Below are positions 9,723 through 16,337 of a stretch of DNA of 20,000 nt, one piece after another. Every line of letters begins with the position of its first letter. Position 1 is the stretch's first letter. The position numbers and the translations under genes were made by a program. The stretch lies in IMG/VR virus record IMGVR_UViG_3300049846_000440; one strand, 5' to 3'. Under the pieces are notes generated by a model. That model ran no database searches and had not been told where the DNA came from. It worked only from the letters and a program-made list of their open reading frames with translations. The stretch is from an uncultured virus (IMG/VR IMGVR_UViG_3300049846_000440) (lineage: Duplodnaviria; Heunggongvirae; Uroviricota; Caudoviricetes).

Positions 9723-10181
9723 TTAAAACGAGAAGAATCCAAATAGGGTTTCTCCGTAGTAGTTCAACATCAGGGCCGCTTCGGGGGAGAAGACTACGGA
9801 GTATAGGTCTTCTAATACGATTGAAGCGTGGCCCGTAGAACGCATTCGCTCAACAAAATTATAGTACGCTTTAATGCAAGGTGATCCGGATCTATATTTG
9901 TTTCCTCCAAAATGAACCCATCCATCTAAAACGGTAACCCGTACAAACGGGGCGTCTTTAACGGAAATGCTGCAAGCAGGAGGTGCATACAGAAGGCCCA
10001 ATATGTCTTCGATGTTGTCGTCAATTTTTGTTATTGGCACACCTTCAATTTCCCTAACCTCAACGAACTTTTCCCAATACTCGGTTAAGGTTGTGTCGAT
10101 TCTTAACTTCGATTCGGGACTAGGGATGTACGCATAAACCTCCGGGTACCGACGTATCTTTAAGCCTGTTTTGTATGTCAT
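9723..10181 (-). CDS. Hypothetical protein, 152 aa; paralog of 10186-10578
   Basis: ATG start 4 nt after the upstream stop; aligns by eye with the neighbouring 130-aa protein. Confidence 0.75.
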   Translation of the reverse strand: MTYKTGLKIRRYPEVYAYIPSPESKLRIDTTLTEYWEKFVEVREIEGVPITKIDDNIEDILGLLYAPPACSISVKDAPFVRVTVLDGWVHFGGNKYRSGSPCIKAYYNFVERMRSTGHASIVLEDLYSVVFSPEAALMLNYYGETLFGFFSF

Positions 10182-10185
10182 AACT

Positions 10186-10578
10186 TTAGAAGTTAAGGAA
10201 TGCGGATAGGATTTTACCGTGGTGCTTGATCACAATGGCGGCTTCGTAGGACACGAAGCGTCGGTCTCCTACCGTAGTCGAATGCCCGTTGGCTTCTAGG
10301 TACTCGTAGATCTTCATCCGCTTTTTGTAGTCTTCGTCCATGTTATCCGCCGCCCACTTGGACCCGACCAAAACACGTTTTGACTTCTTCCCCTTGAGCG
10401 GTTGTACCGGAGGACAGGCCAAGTAATCCAACAGATCTTGAATGTCCGAGGACAGCTCTCGCACGGGAAGTTTCGGACGACTTAGGTTAGTGAGTACTTC
10501 GTGAGTAGATATGAGCTTTTCGTAGTGCCCTAAAGCGGGGATTACGTATGTGTGGTTATCTATTTTTAAGTTGTACAT
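10186..10578 (-). CDS. Hypothetical protein, 130 aa; paralog of 9723-10181
   Basis: ATG start 2 nt after the upstream stop; shares D..D.L..L..PP, RV.V...W, GH and S.EAA......G..L..F..F motifs with its neighbour. Confidence 0.75.
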   Translation of the reverse strand: MYNLKIDNHTYVIPALGHYEKLISTHEVLTNLSRPKLPVRELSSDIQDLLDYLACPPVQPLKGKKSKRVLVGSKWAADNMDEDYKKRMKIYEYLEANGHSTTVGDRRFVSYEAAIVIKHHGKILSAFLNF

Positions 10579-10580
10579 AA

Positions 10581-11228
10581 TTAGATCTTTTCGAGTTTGA
10601 TTTGTTTAGTTGCGTTGCGTTTGGCAAGTTCAATTGTGTCGCCAACCCCAACTATCTTCTCTTCTGGAATGGGGTAGAGGTACCCACGGCGAAGCTCCAG
10701 TTTCTCCCGGACGATGGAGACGAACTTGCATTCGTTCGTCTTCGGGTTGTGACTCAACAGAAAACTCCAGTGGCCATGCACCTCTTTCGGAAATGCCTCT
10801 ATGAGATGCTGATTTCTCCACAGGTACTCGCAGTCCTCGGGCGAGATGATTACCGTGTGGGTCACATTGGTTTTTCTGTACGCCACTCGGCTGGAATACC
10901 GATCCCCCTTAGAGGTGGCACTTAAAACCCCCGTCTCTCCGAACAAATGGTTCAGATAGGTGCTACCAGACATCGATCTCGGGGCCTTGGCGATAGTGTC
11001 CATGTACTTCAATGCCCATGCGCGTAGATCTTCAGCCTCCTTACGCTTTGCAGCAGGGAGTTTCCTCCACTCAGCCCAGAGTTCTTGTTCGCGTAGTGTT
11101 GCGGCGACCGCTTGATCCAAGAAGGAGTGTGCGTTCTGGCTTAGGATGTTTGCGAGTAGGATCGCCTTTGTCTCAGAGGCTTTGTTGATGGTGTAGTTTA
11201 GTTCGTTTAGTTTGTGTAGTGCTTTCAT
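10581..11228 (-). CDS. Hypothetical protein, 215 aa
   Basis: Long ATG-started ORF preceded by the AAATCAGT-ATG leader shared with other genes in this region. Confidence 0.8.
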   Translation of the reverse strand: MKALHKLNELNYTINKASETKAILLANILSQNAHSFLDQAVAATLREQELWAEWRKLPAAKRKEAEDLRAWALKYMDTIAKAPRSMSGSTYLNHLFGETGVLSATSKGDRYSSRVAYRKTNVTHTVIISPEDCEYLWRNQHLIEAFPKEVHGHWSFLLSHNPKTNECKFVSIVREKLELRRGYLYPIPEEKIVGVGDTIELAKRNATKQIKLEKI

Positions 11229-11252
11229 ACTGATTTTGTTTGTTGCAGTGGT

Positions 11253-11302
11253 CCCTGCCCTATGCCCCCGGTGGGGTTACCCACCAGAGGCAACAGGCAA
11301 GG
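11253..11302 (-). other. Intergenic RNA hairpin (possible processing or stability element)
   Basis: Minus-strand RNA CCUUGCC..UGCCUCUGGUGGG-UAAC-CCCACCGGGGGCA..GGCAGGG. Several G-U pairs form only on the - strand. Begins immediately after the VWA gene stop and has no U-tract. Confidence 0.55.
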
Positions 11303-12637
11303 TTACCGTTTGACCTTGACCACGGTTCCGAACGTGGGCTTGAATTTGCAGTTCCCCCACTGAACCCAGACAGTTGGGATGCCGGGATCGGAAGGAGGAA
11401 ACACCCCGTCCAAGTCGGTCAGGTACACGATCACCTTGGCATCTGGTACACGGCCACGCACGTGATCGAACACGGGACGGAAGTCCGTGCCACCACCTCC
11501 GACAGGGTGGGCTTCCACGGTGTCGCCCTTCTCAAACACGTCCACTCGGTGGATGCGGTCGTCGCAGTAGATGACGTGCAGGCGTTGAGGTTGCAGGGTT
11601 TCCATGCACTCCGCAGCTTCGACCATGAACTCCTTGAGAAGCCTATCGTCAACGGAACCTGAGGTATCGATGGCGAAGACGATATCCCCAGCGGCATCCT
11701 CAGAATGCATGGACGGCAGATAGATCCCACTCCCGATGAACCTGCGGTCGGGCCGCTGCCAGTCGTAATCGTTGTTCGCAAGTTCGGTCAGGTACTGGCG
11801 AAGGAGTTCCTGCCAAGGGGTCTCGGCGGGTTTGACTGCCTCGGCTACAAACCGCTTGGCGAAGGCACTGCCCTTGCCGATCTGCTGCGCGGAGATTGCC
11901 GCCTGCACCACGGCATTGGCCCAGTCCTGCTCCTTGTTCCCGGACTGTTCCCCCGGCTTGGATTTGCGGGGAGGTTGGAAGTCTCCGGTCGGGCAGGAGT
12001 CGTTGGTCTTGGTGCGCTTAGGCTGCCCTTCCTTACCGTCTCCGTCCTTGTCGTCCTTACCGTCTCCGTCCTTGCCATCGTCCTTACCGTCTCCGCCTCC
12101 GTCCTTGTCGTCATTACTGTCCCCGTCCTTGTCGTCCTTACCGTCTCCGTCATTGCCACCACCCCCGCCCCTGTCCCCACCGCTGTCTCCGCCTTCGGGG
12201 GAAGGATTAGGACTGTCCTGCTGCTGCGCTTTGCGGGACATGAGTACACCGTAGACTTCTTCCAAGGACTTGGAAGCCAGCGCAGGATCGCGCACTGCCC
12301 CATCGGGCAAGGGGAACGGGTTGTCGTTCGCCGCGTTGTACTCGTCGATCATTCCGTTGACGATGATGTCAGCGGCTTCATTGGCAGTGGCATGGTCCAT
12401 CTCGGATACACGCCAGTTGTGTCCGAGGGCTGGGTGCATCACCTCATGTACGAGAACCGCACGGAGTTGCTCGTCAGGCAGACTGTCTGCGTACTGAGAG
12501 TTGACCCAGAGGGTCTCGCCATCGGTGGACAGGGTCTTGATGTTGGAGTTCTCCACCACGTTCATGCGCATGAGAAGCGCACCGAAGAACGGATGGTCGA
12601 GGACCACCCGGATTTTTTGTTTCTCTAGTCTGTTCAT
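11303..12637 (-). CDS. DUF2201-type putative metallopeptidase plus VWA domain protein, 444 aa
   Basis: N-terminal PFFG.L...TLSTDG...HEVMH (HExxH), an acidic Gly/Asp/Lys linker, then PWQELLR..W.RP.RR, MIDAS motif AIDTSGS, GGGGTDFRPVF and YLTDLDG. Start placed at ATG 12637 after the AAATCAGT leader. Confidence 0.9.
   Translation of the reverse strand: MNRLEKQKIRVVLDHPFFGALLMRMNVVENSNIKTLSTDGETLWVNSQYADSLPDEQLRAVLVHEVMHPALGHNWRVSEMDHATANEAADIIVNGMIDEYNAANDNPFPLPDGAVRDPALASKSLEEVYGVLMSRKAQQQDSPNPSPEGGDSGGDRGGGGGNDGDGKDDKDGDSNDDKDGGGDGKDDGKDGDGKDDKDGDGKEGQPKRTKTNDSCPTGDFQPPRKSKPGEQSGNKEQDWANAVVQAAISAQQIGKGSAFAKRFVAEAVKPAETPWQELLRQYLTELANNDYDWQRPDRRFIGSGIYLPSMHSEDAAGDIVFAIDTSGSVDDRLLKEFMVEAAECMETLQPQRLHVIYCDDRIHRVDVFEKGDTVEAHPVGGGGTDFRPVFDHVRGRVPDAKVIVYLTDLDGVFPPSDPGIPTVWVQWGNCKFKPTFGTVVKVKR
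12030..12195 (-). repeat. Low-complexity coding repeat (DGKDDKDG-like) in the VWA protein linker
   Basis: Repeated ccttaccgtctccgt / ccttgtcgt units visible on the + strand. Confidence 0.8.
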
Positions 12638-12658
12638 ACTGATTTGGTTTTGTGTTGG

Positions 12659-12711
12659 GCATCCCTGAAGGCTGCGCCCCCGGTTAGGAGGACGCAGGGA
12701 TTCAGGGATGC
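12659..12711 (-). repeat. Conserved intergenic hairpin, copy 1
   Basis: + strand gcatccctgaa-gg-ctgcg...cgcag-gga-ttcagggatgc: an 11-bp outer stem, a 2x3 internal loop and an inner stem. Confidence 0.85.
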
Positions 12712-12720
12712 AGGGTTTGG

Positions 12721-13722
12721 TTAGCCAATGATTACGCCCTGATTCTTCGCGAACCACTTGATGAAGTCGGTCGTCTGCTGGATCTCCTTGCACTTGGCAA
12801 GGCCCGCCTTGACGGCAAAGACTTCAAAGTCCTTGGGCATACGAGCGAGGTACCGGGAGATGATCCCGAAGGACTTCTCGTTCATCCGACTAATAAGTCC
12901 CGCCGCGACGGCGTACCGCTCGTCCGGCTTGGTCGGAACGTCTGCGCCATCAGGATCGAGCATGATAGCGTTGATCGAAGGTACGCGCCCGTGTACCTGA
13001 AGGAAGCCGTTAAACTCCAACGCCGCTGCCTGACCAACGATACCCGTCAGGATGGTAGCCGTATGCTCCGAGCCAGAGGAGGCGCGAATGTATTTGCTGA
13101 CCATCTCCCAAGACCGGGGTGAAGGGAAGGCGGAGTACCCATCCCACTTGGCACCATCGAACTGGGAAAGGAGTTCGGGGCGGAACTGGATGAAGGCGAC
13201 AACTCGGGGGTCAACCGCACCGGAGGCGAAAGCCCACTCGGTCCAGTCGTCAACGGACGGGGCGAGGGTGATCAGCACCAGACGGTTGATCACGGCACTG
13301 CTCATGCGTTCCACGTGCGCCTTGTCAACGGCACGGTTTCCGGTGACGGACAACAACGTACCTTCCGGCACCTTGTACTCTCCGATGCACCGTTCTAAGG
13401 TCAATTGCAACGCGGCAATCTGGACCGCACGAGGAGCGCACGGAAGTTCTTCCAACGTCCAGACCGAGGACTCGGTCGGGTACTCCGCCGGGATGGCGTA
13501 GTTCATCTCGCCCTTCTGGAGGTAGGGCAAGCCGCGCACGTCAGTCGGTGCGCTATAAGCAAGCCGCGTGTCCACGTGGGGCAGACCAACGGACTCCGCG
13601 TACTGGCGGAAGATCGAGGACTTGCCAATGCCCGGAGCGGACATGACGTAGGGTACCAACCCAGCCTTGTGGAAAGCGGGGAGTTCGGAGAGGAGTTGCT
13701 TAGGAGTGAGTGTGAGGTTCAT
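12721..13722 (-). CDS. MoxR-like AAA+ ATPase, 333 aa
   Basis: Walker A SAPGIGKS, DTRL...PTDVRGLP, Walker B variant WTLEEL, sensor-1 TGN, Arg-finger NRL and PSPRSWE. Adjacent to the VWA partner. Start placed at ATG 13722 after the AAATCAGT leader. Confidence 0.9.
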   Translation of the reverse strand: MNLTLTPKQLLSELPAFHKAGLVPYVMSAPGIGKSSIFRQYAESVGLPHVDTRLAYSAPTDVRGLPYLQKGEMNYAIPAEYPTESSVWTLEELPCAPRAVQIAALQLTLERCIGEYKVPEGTLLSVTGNRAVDKAHVERMSSAVINRLVLITLAPSVDDWTEWAFASGAVDPRVVAFIQFRPELLSQFDGAKWDGYSAFPSPRSWEMVSKYIRASSGSEHTATILTGIVGQAAALEFNGFLQVHGRVPSINAIMLDPDGADVPTKPDERYAVAAGLISRMNEKSFGIISRYLARMPKDFEVFAVKAGLAKCKEIQQTTDFIKWFAKNQGVIIG

Positions 13723-13740
13723 ACTGATTTTTCTTTCTTG

Positions 13741-13858
13741 GTTACTGCATACCGAGGTTTGTGTTTGCCCCGGCATCTGGTCGGACTCCGTTGTGGAGTC
13801 CTACAAAACCAGACTACTGCCCTCCCCCGTAGAAGAGGACAGTGTGTCTAGCCTTGGT
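13741..13858 (-). ncRNA. Candidate structured cis-regulatory RNA (multi-stem, with a cUACGg tetraloop)
   Basis: Minus-strand RNA: ACUGUCCUCUUC-UACG-GGGGAGGGCAGU; UCUGGU..GGACUCC-ACAAC-GGAGUCC.ACCAGA; possible closing stem ACCAAGG/CCUCGGU. Not matched to any family I recognise. Confidence 0.45.
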
Positions 13859-14727
13859 TACGCCAAGCCCATCGAACGCAGGATGGCGTCCGCATCGGTG
13901 ACGACCTCCTTCCGCACGGCCTCATCGTCTTTGATGGTGTCGATCTCCCACCTCGCTACCCGTGCGAGCGTCTCGTTCTTGATCTGCTCGATCTCTGGGT
14001 CATCGTGAATATTCAACGCAGGGATCAGGCGGCAGATGTCGCGCACCCCTTCGATCAGGGTGCCGTGCAGACGCTTCCCTTCCCCGCCCGAGGCGTCGAA
14101 GTCTTTGAGCTTCTTGCTCAGGTGCCCAACCTTGGCACCGAGACGAGCGTAGATATCCCGTTTGATGACCGTCTCATGGTTCTTCAACTCGGCTTCGTAC
14201 TGAGCCTTCATCTCGTCAACGATATCGTTGTTGAGTTTTAGCCTGAAGTCTTCGGACTCTGGCAGTGGAGTGAAGACAACACTTACCCCGTACTTCTGAC
14301 GCACCTGCTCGGCTGTCGGGTAGTCGTTGGGGTTGAACATTGCCCCGAGGCGGAGCTTTGCCTCGGCAATGTATCCATCGTAAGCGGTGTCATTGAACTG
14401 CTGCGTCACCAGCGCAGCGTACTCTCCCCTCAACTGCCGCATCTTGTCGGCGTACTCCTGCTGCAACTCAGCAGGGAGAATCCGCGCGCCCTCGTCTAGC
14501 CAAGGTGACGTGAGGTTGTAGTGGAAGCGGCGGATGTTCTGGCTCATTGCCTGCAACGGACGATACGCGGCTTCCGGCAACACGTTCTTCTTGAAAGCCC
14601 CGGCATCGCTGGCAGCGGCCTTGGCAAGGATGACCTCGCTTGTGACCTGCTTGTCGGTCTTGCTGGGAATCCAGCAGGAGATGCGGAGGGACACGAGAAC
14701 GGCTTTGTTACTGATTTGGGTTTGCAT
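13858..14727 (-). CDS. DUF3150-like protein, 289 aa
   Basis: Motifs AVLVSLRISCW...K.DK, HY..T.PW.D.G.RILP, LG.MFN..DYP....VR.K and F.PLP...DFR. Lies upstream of the AAA+/VWA pair, the usual context for this type of gene. Confidence 0.7.
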   Translation of the reverse strand: MQTQISNKAVLVSLRISCWIPSKTDKQVTSEVILAKAAASDAGAFKKNVLPEAAYRPLQAMSQNIRRFHYNLTSPWLDEGARILPAELQQEYADKMRQLRGEYAALVTQQFNDTAYDGYIAEAKLRLGAMFNPNDYPTAEQVRQKYGVSVVFTPLPESEDFRLKLNNDIVDEMKAQYEAELKNHETVIKRDIYARLGAKVGHLSKKLKDFDASGGEGKRLHGTLIEGVRDICRLIPALNIHDDPEIEQIKNETLARVARWEIDTIKDDEAVRKEVVTDADAILRSMGLA

Positions 14728-14766
14728 GGTTTAGTTTTGATTGACTGAATTGATACTGCATTTTGT

Positions 14767-14795
14767 GTTTTATCTTACTGAACAGAACAAGTCAA
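14767..14795 (-). promoter_or_regulatory. Possible sigma70-like promoter for the DUF3150-like/AAA/VWA operon
   Basis: Minus strand TTGACT-N17-TAAAAC, about 40 nt upstream of ATG 14727. The -10 box is imperfect. Confidence 0.4.
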
Positions 14796-14829
14796 CCGCT
14801 ATTCTATACAGTAAGATTCAGGTGCGGAT

Positions 14830-14891
14830 TGCACTCCTGAAGGCTGCACCCCTGAGTGTTTGATTCAGGGATGCAGGGATTCAGGCTTGCA
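14830..14891 (-). repeat. Conserved intergenic hairpin, copy 2
   Basis: + strand tgca-ct-cctgaa-gg-ctgcacccctga...tcagggatgcag-gga-ttcagg-ct-tgca. The upstream gene's stop codon (14881-14883) lies within the arm. Confidence 0.85.
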
Positions 14892-15417
14892 GGGTACGCT
14901 TGACGGACTCCACGAGGTCCATCGGCCCGTCCTGCCGTTGTAACGAGCGCAGGTTCACCTCTACGGGATCGTTGTCGAGGAACGTATCGTCGAGGGGATC
15001 TTCCCCTGTCCTTACGACGTGGATTGAGTAGAGATACCCGTGTAGGATTGAGTAGTAGCAATGGTGCATGGCATTCCAGAACTGGAATTCGTCCAAGTCG
15101 CGCTCAGACAACGGTTCCCCTTGCTTGCGCTCAATCCGGCAATTCGAATCCCAATTACAATCCGCATCTACTGCCATAAACTCGACCCACTCGACTCCAT
15201 CCGCATCCCTTCCCATATTAAGTGAGTGTGCCTTCTTATACCACTCGCCACTATCATCGTAGTACACCCAGTCCCCGGCCTCAGACGCATCCCATTTGAA
15301 CTTCCCTTCTGGCGAATGTTCAAACAGTTCCTCCCACGTTCCGGAGAACTTAGCAGGGTTCTGTTCGATCATTCGAATGGCGTTTCTAACTTCTGATTCT
15401 AGTTTGTTTAGGTTCAT
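14881..15417 (-). CDS. Hypothetical acidic, Trp-rich protein, 178 aa
   Basis: ATG start after an AAACCAACAAACCAAC leader; stops inside hairpin copy 2. Confidence 0.75.
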   Translation of the reverse strand: MNLNKLESEVRNAIRMIEQNPAKFSGTWEELFEHSPEGKFKWDASEAGDWVYYDDSGEWYKKAHSLNMGRDADGVEWVEFMAVDADCNWDSNCRIERKQGEPLSERDLDEFQFWNAMHHCYYSILHGYLYSIHVVRTGEDPLDDTFLDNDPVEVNLRSLQRQDGPMDLVESVKRTLQA

Positions 15418-15431
15418 GTTGGTTTGTTGGT

Positions 15432-15755
15432 TTATGCTGCGTAGATTGCGGTGGCCCAGCTAGTCAGGCCCACTGAGTAGAAGCCATGCTTCTCCAAGTG
15501 GGTGTTCATCTTCCCGAAGAGGGGACTCTCGTAGTTCCGATTGAATACCGGAGCAAGGTCGCCCCCGTCATGCACGACAATAAGGACTGCGCCGCCTCCA
15601 TGCGTCTCACCCATCGTCTTCCATTCCTCGGGGGTGTAGAATGCACGGCAACCTCCGGTGTTGGTGAGTTTGCGTTTACGGAGGAAGGACATGATCGCCT
15701 TGTGGGCTTTCTCCCCAGCCTCAAATTTGAACGGGTTTTCTAAGTCGATGTTCAT
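15432..15755 (-). CDS. Conserved hypothetical phage protein, 107 aa (TGGC.AFY.P.EW...LIVVHDGGD motif)
   Basis: ATG start with a leader identical to that of the 15417 gene; the motif resembles small uncharacterised phage early proteins. Confidence 0.75.
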   Translation of the reverse strand: MNIDLENPFKFEAGEKAHKAIMSFLRKRKLTNTGGCRAFYTPEEWKTMGETHGGGAVLIVVHDGGDLAPVFNRNYESPLFGKMNTHLEKHGFYSVGLTSWATAIYAA

Positions 15756-15762
15756 GTTGGTT

Positions 15763-15820
15763 TGTTGGTTTGTGTTGCTCAGTCTTAAATCATAATGAGA
15801 TAAGCACTGAAGACTGCACC
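15763..15820. repeat. 58-bp direct repeat, copy A (leader + 19-bp palindrome + hairpin arm)
   Basis: Matches 16244-16301 at 56 of 58 positions by manual comparison. Confidence 0.9.
15785..15803. promoter_or_regulatory. 19-bp quasi-palindromic operator/promoter motif, copy 1
   Basis: TTAAATCATAATGAGATAA. Confidence 0.75.
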
Positions 15821-15854
15821 CCCGATGATCAAGTCAGGGGTGCAGGGTTTCAGT
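15806..15854 (-). repeat. Conserved intergenic hairpin, copy 3
   Basis: + strand actgaa-ga-ctgcacccc...ggggtgcag-ggt-ttcagt. The upstream gene's stop (15850-15852) lies within the arm. Confidence 0.85.
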
Positions 15855-16242
15855 TCTCGGTGGACTTGGTTGGCAGCCCGCTCACGTCAGACGGTGAGGC
15901 GGAGTCCAGCCGAACGTCAACGCAGGGCAACCCAGCGGACTCTGCGTACTGGCGGACGATATAGGACTTGGATGGGGTTGGGGTAAACGTGGCGAGGAAG
16001 TAGTGTTGGTACTCGTCAGAGTTGAAGGCGGGGCCAATTAGTTCCTCGCAAAGAACCATGTTGGCGTACTGCCAAGCCGCGTACCAGTGAGCGGACTCCG
16101 CTTCGTATGAGTAGGGATAGGTCTTGCTACCTTTCGGTCCGGTCACCTTGATCCTCGCGCCCTTGGTGTCGGTAGCGGGGAGATACTTGGTCTTGATAAG
16201 TTGGCTAAGTTGCATTGGCGTTCTGATTTCTTCGGTGTTCAT
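15850..16242 (-). CDS. Small phage hypothetical protein (IKTKYLPAT.TKG.RIKV type) with a C-terminal AAA+-derived segment, 130 aa
   Basis: The N-terminal ~90 aa resemble a common small phage family. The C-terminal KSYIVRQYAESAGLPCVDVRLDSASPSDVSGLP matches the AAA+ ATPase at 22 of 33 residues. Confidence 0.75.
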   Translation of the reverse strand: MNTEEIRTPMQLSQLIKTKYLPATDTKGARIKVTGPKGSKTYPYSYEAESAHWYAAWQYANMVLCEELIGPAFNSDEYQHYFLATFTPTPSKSYIVRQYAESAGLPCVDVRLDSASPSDVSGLPTKSTEN

Positions 16243-16243
16243 A

Positions 16244-16301
16244 TGTTGGTTTGTGTTACTCAGTCTTAACTCATAATGAGATAAGCACTGAAGACTGCAC
16301 C
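16244..16301. repeat. 58-bp direct repeat, copy B
   Basis: Matches 15763-15820 with 2 mismatches; period 481 bp. Confidence 0.9.
16266..16284. promoter_or_regulatory. 19-bp quasi-palindromic motif, copy 2
   Basis: TTAACTCATAATGAGATAA. Confidence 0.75.
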
Positions 16302-16337
16302 TCTGAGAGATTCAGGGGTGCAGGGATTCAGGGCTTA
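16282..16337 (-). repeat. Conserved intergenic hairpin, copy 4
   Basis: + strand taagc-a-ctgaa-ga-ctgcacctctga...tcaggggtgcag-gga-ttcag-g-gctta. The GP88-like gene's stop (16335-16337) forms the base of the stem. Confidence 0.85.

Noticed and set aside
12638..13776. Longer N-termini given in the ORF track for the VWA protein (12793) and the AAA+ ATPase (13776)
   Set aside because: The extensions run through hairpins or the neighbouring gene. The downstream ATGs share the AAATCAGT leader and match where these domains normally begin.
13526..15970. DGR template/variable repeat pair (AAA+ segment versus its copy)
   Set aside because: Mismatches affect all four bases rather than only adenines on either strand, and no reverse transcriptase is present.
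12659..16337. Integron attC sites
   Set aside because: There are no paired RYYYAAC / GTTRRRY boxes at the hairpin ends and no integron integrase in the window. Only the loose cassette analogy is kept.
12659..16337. Hairpin family as intrinsic terminators
   Set aside because: There is no U-tract after the stems on the coding strand, and they lie inside a co-oriented gene run.
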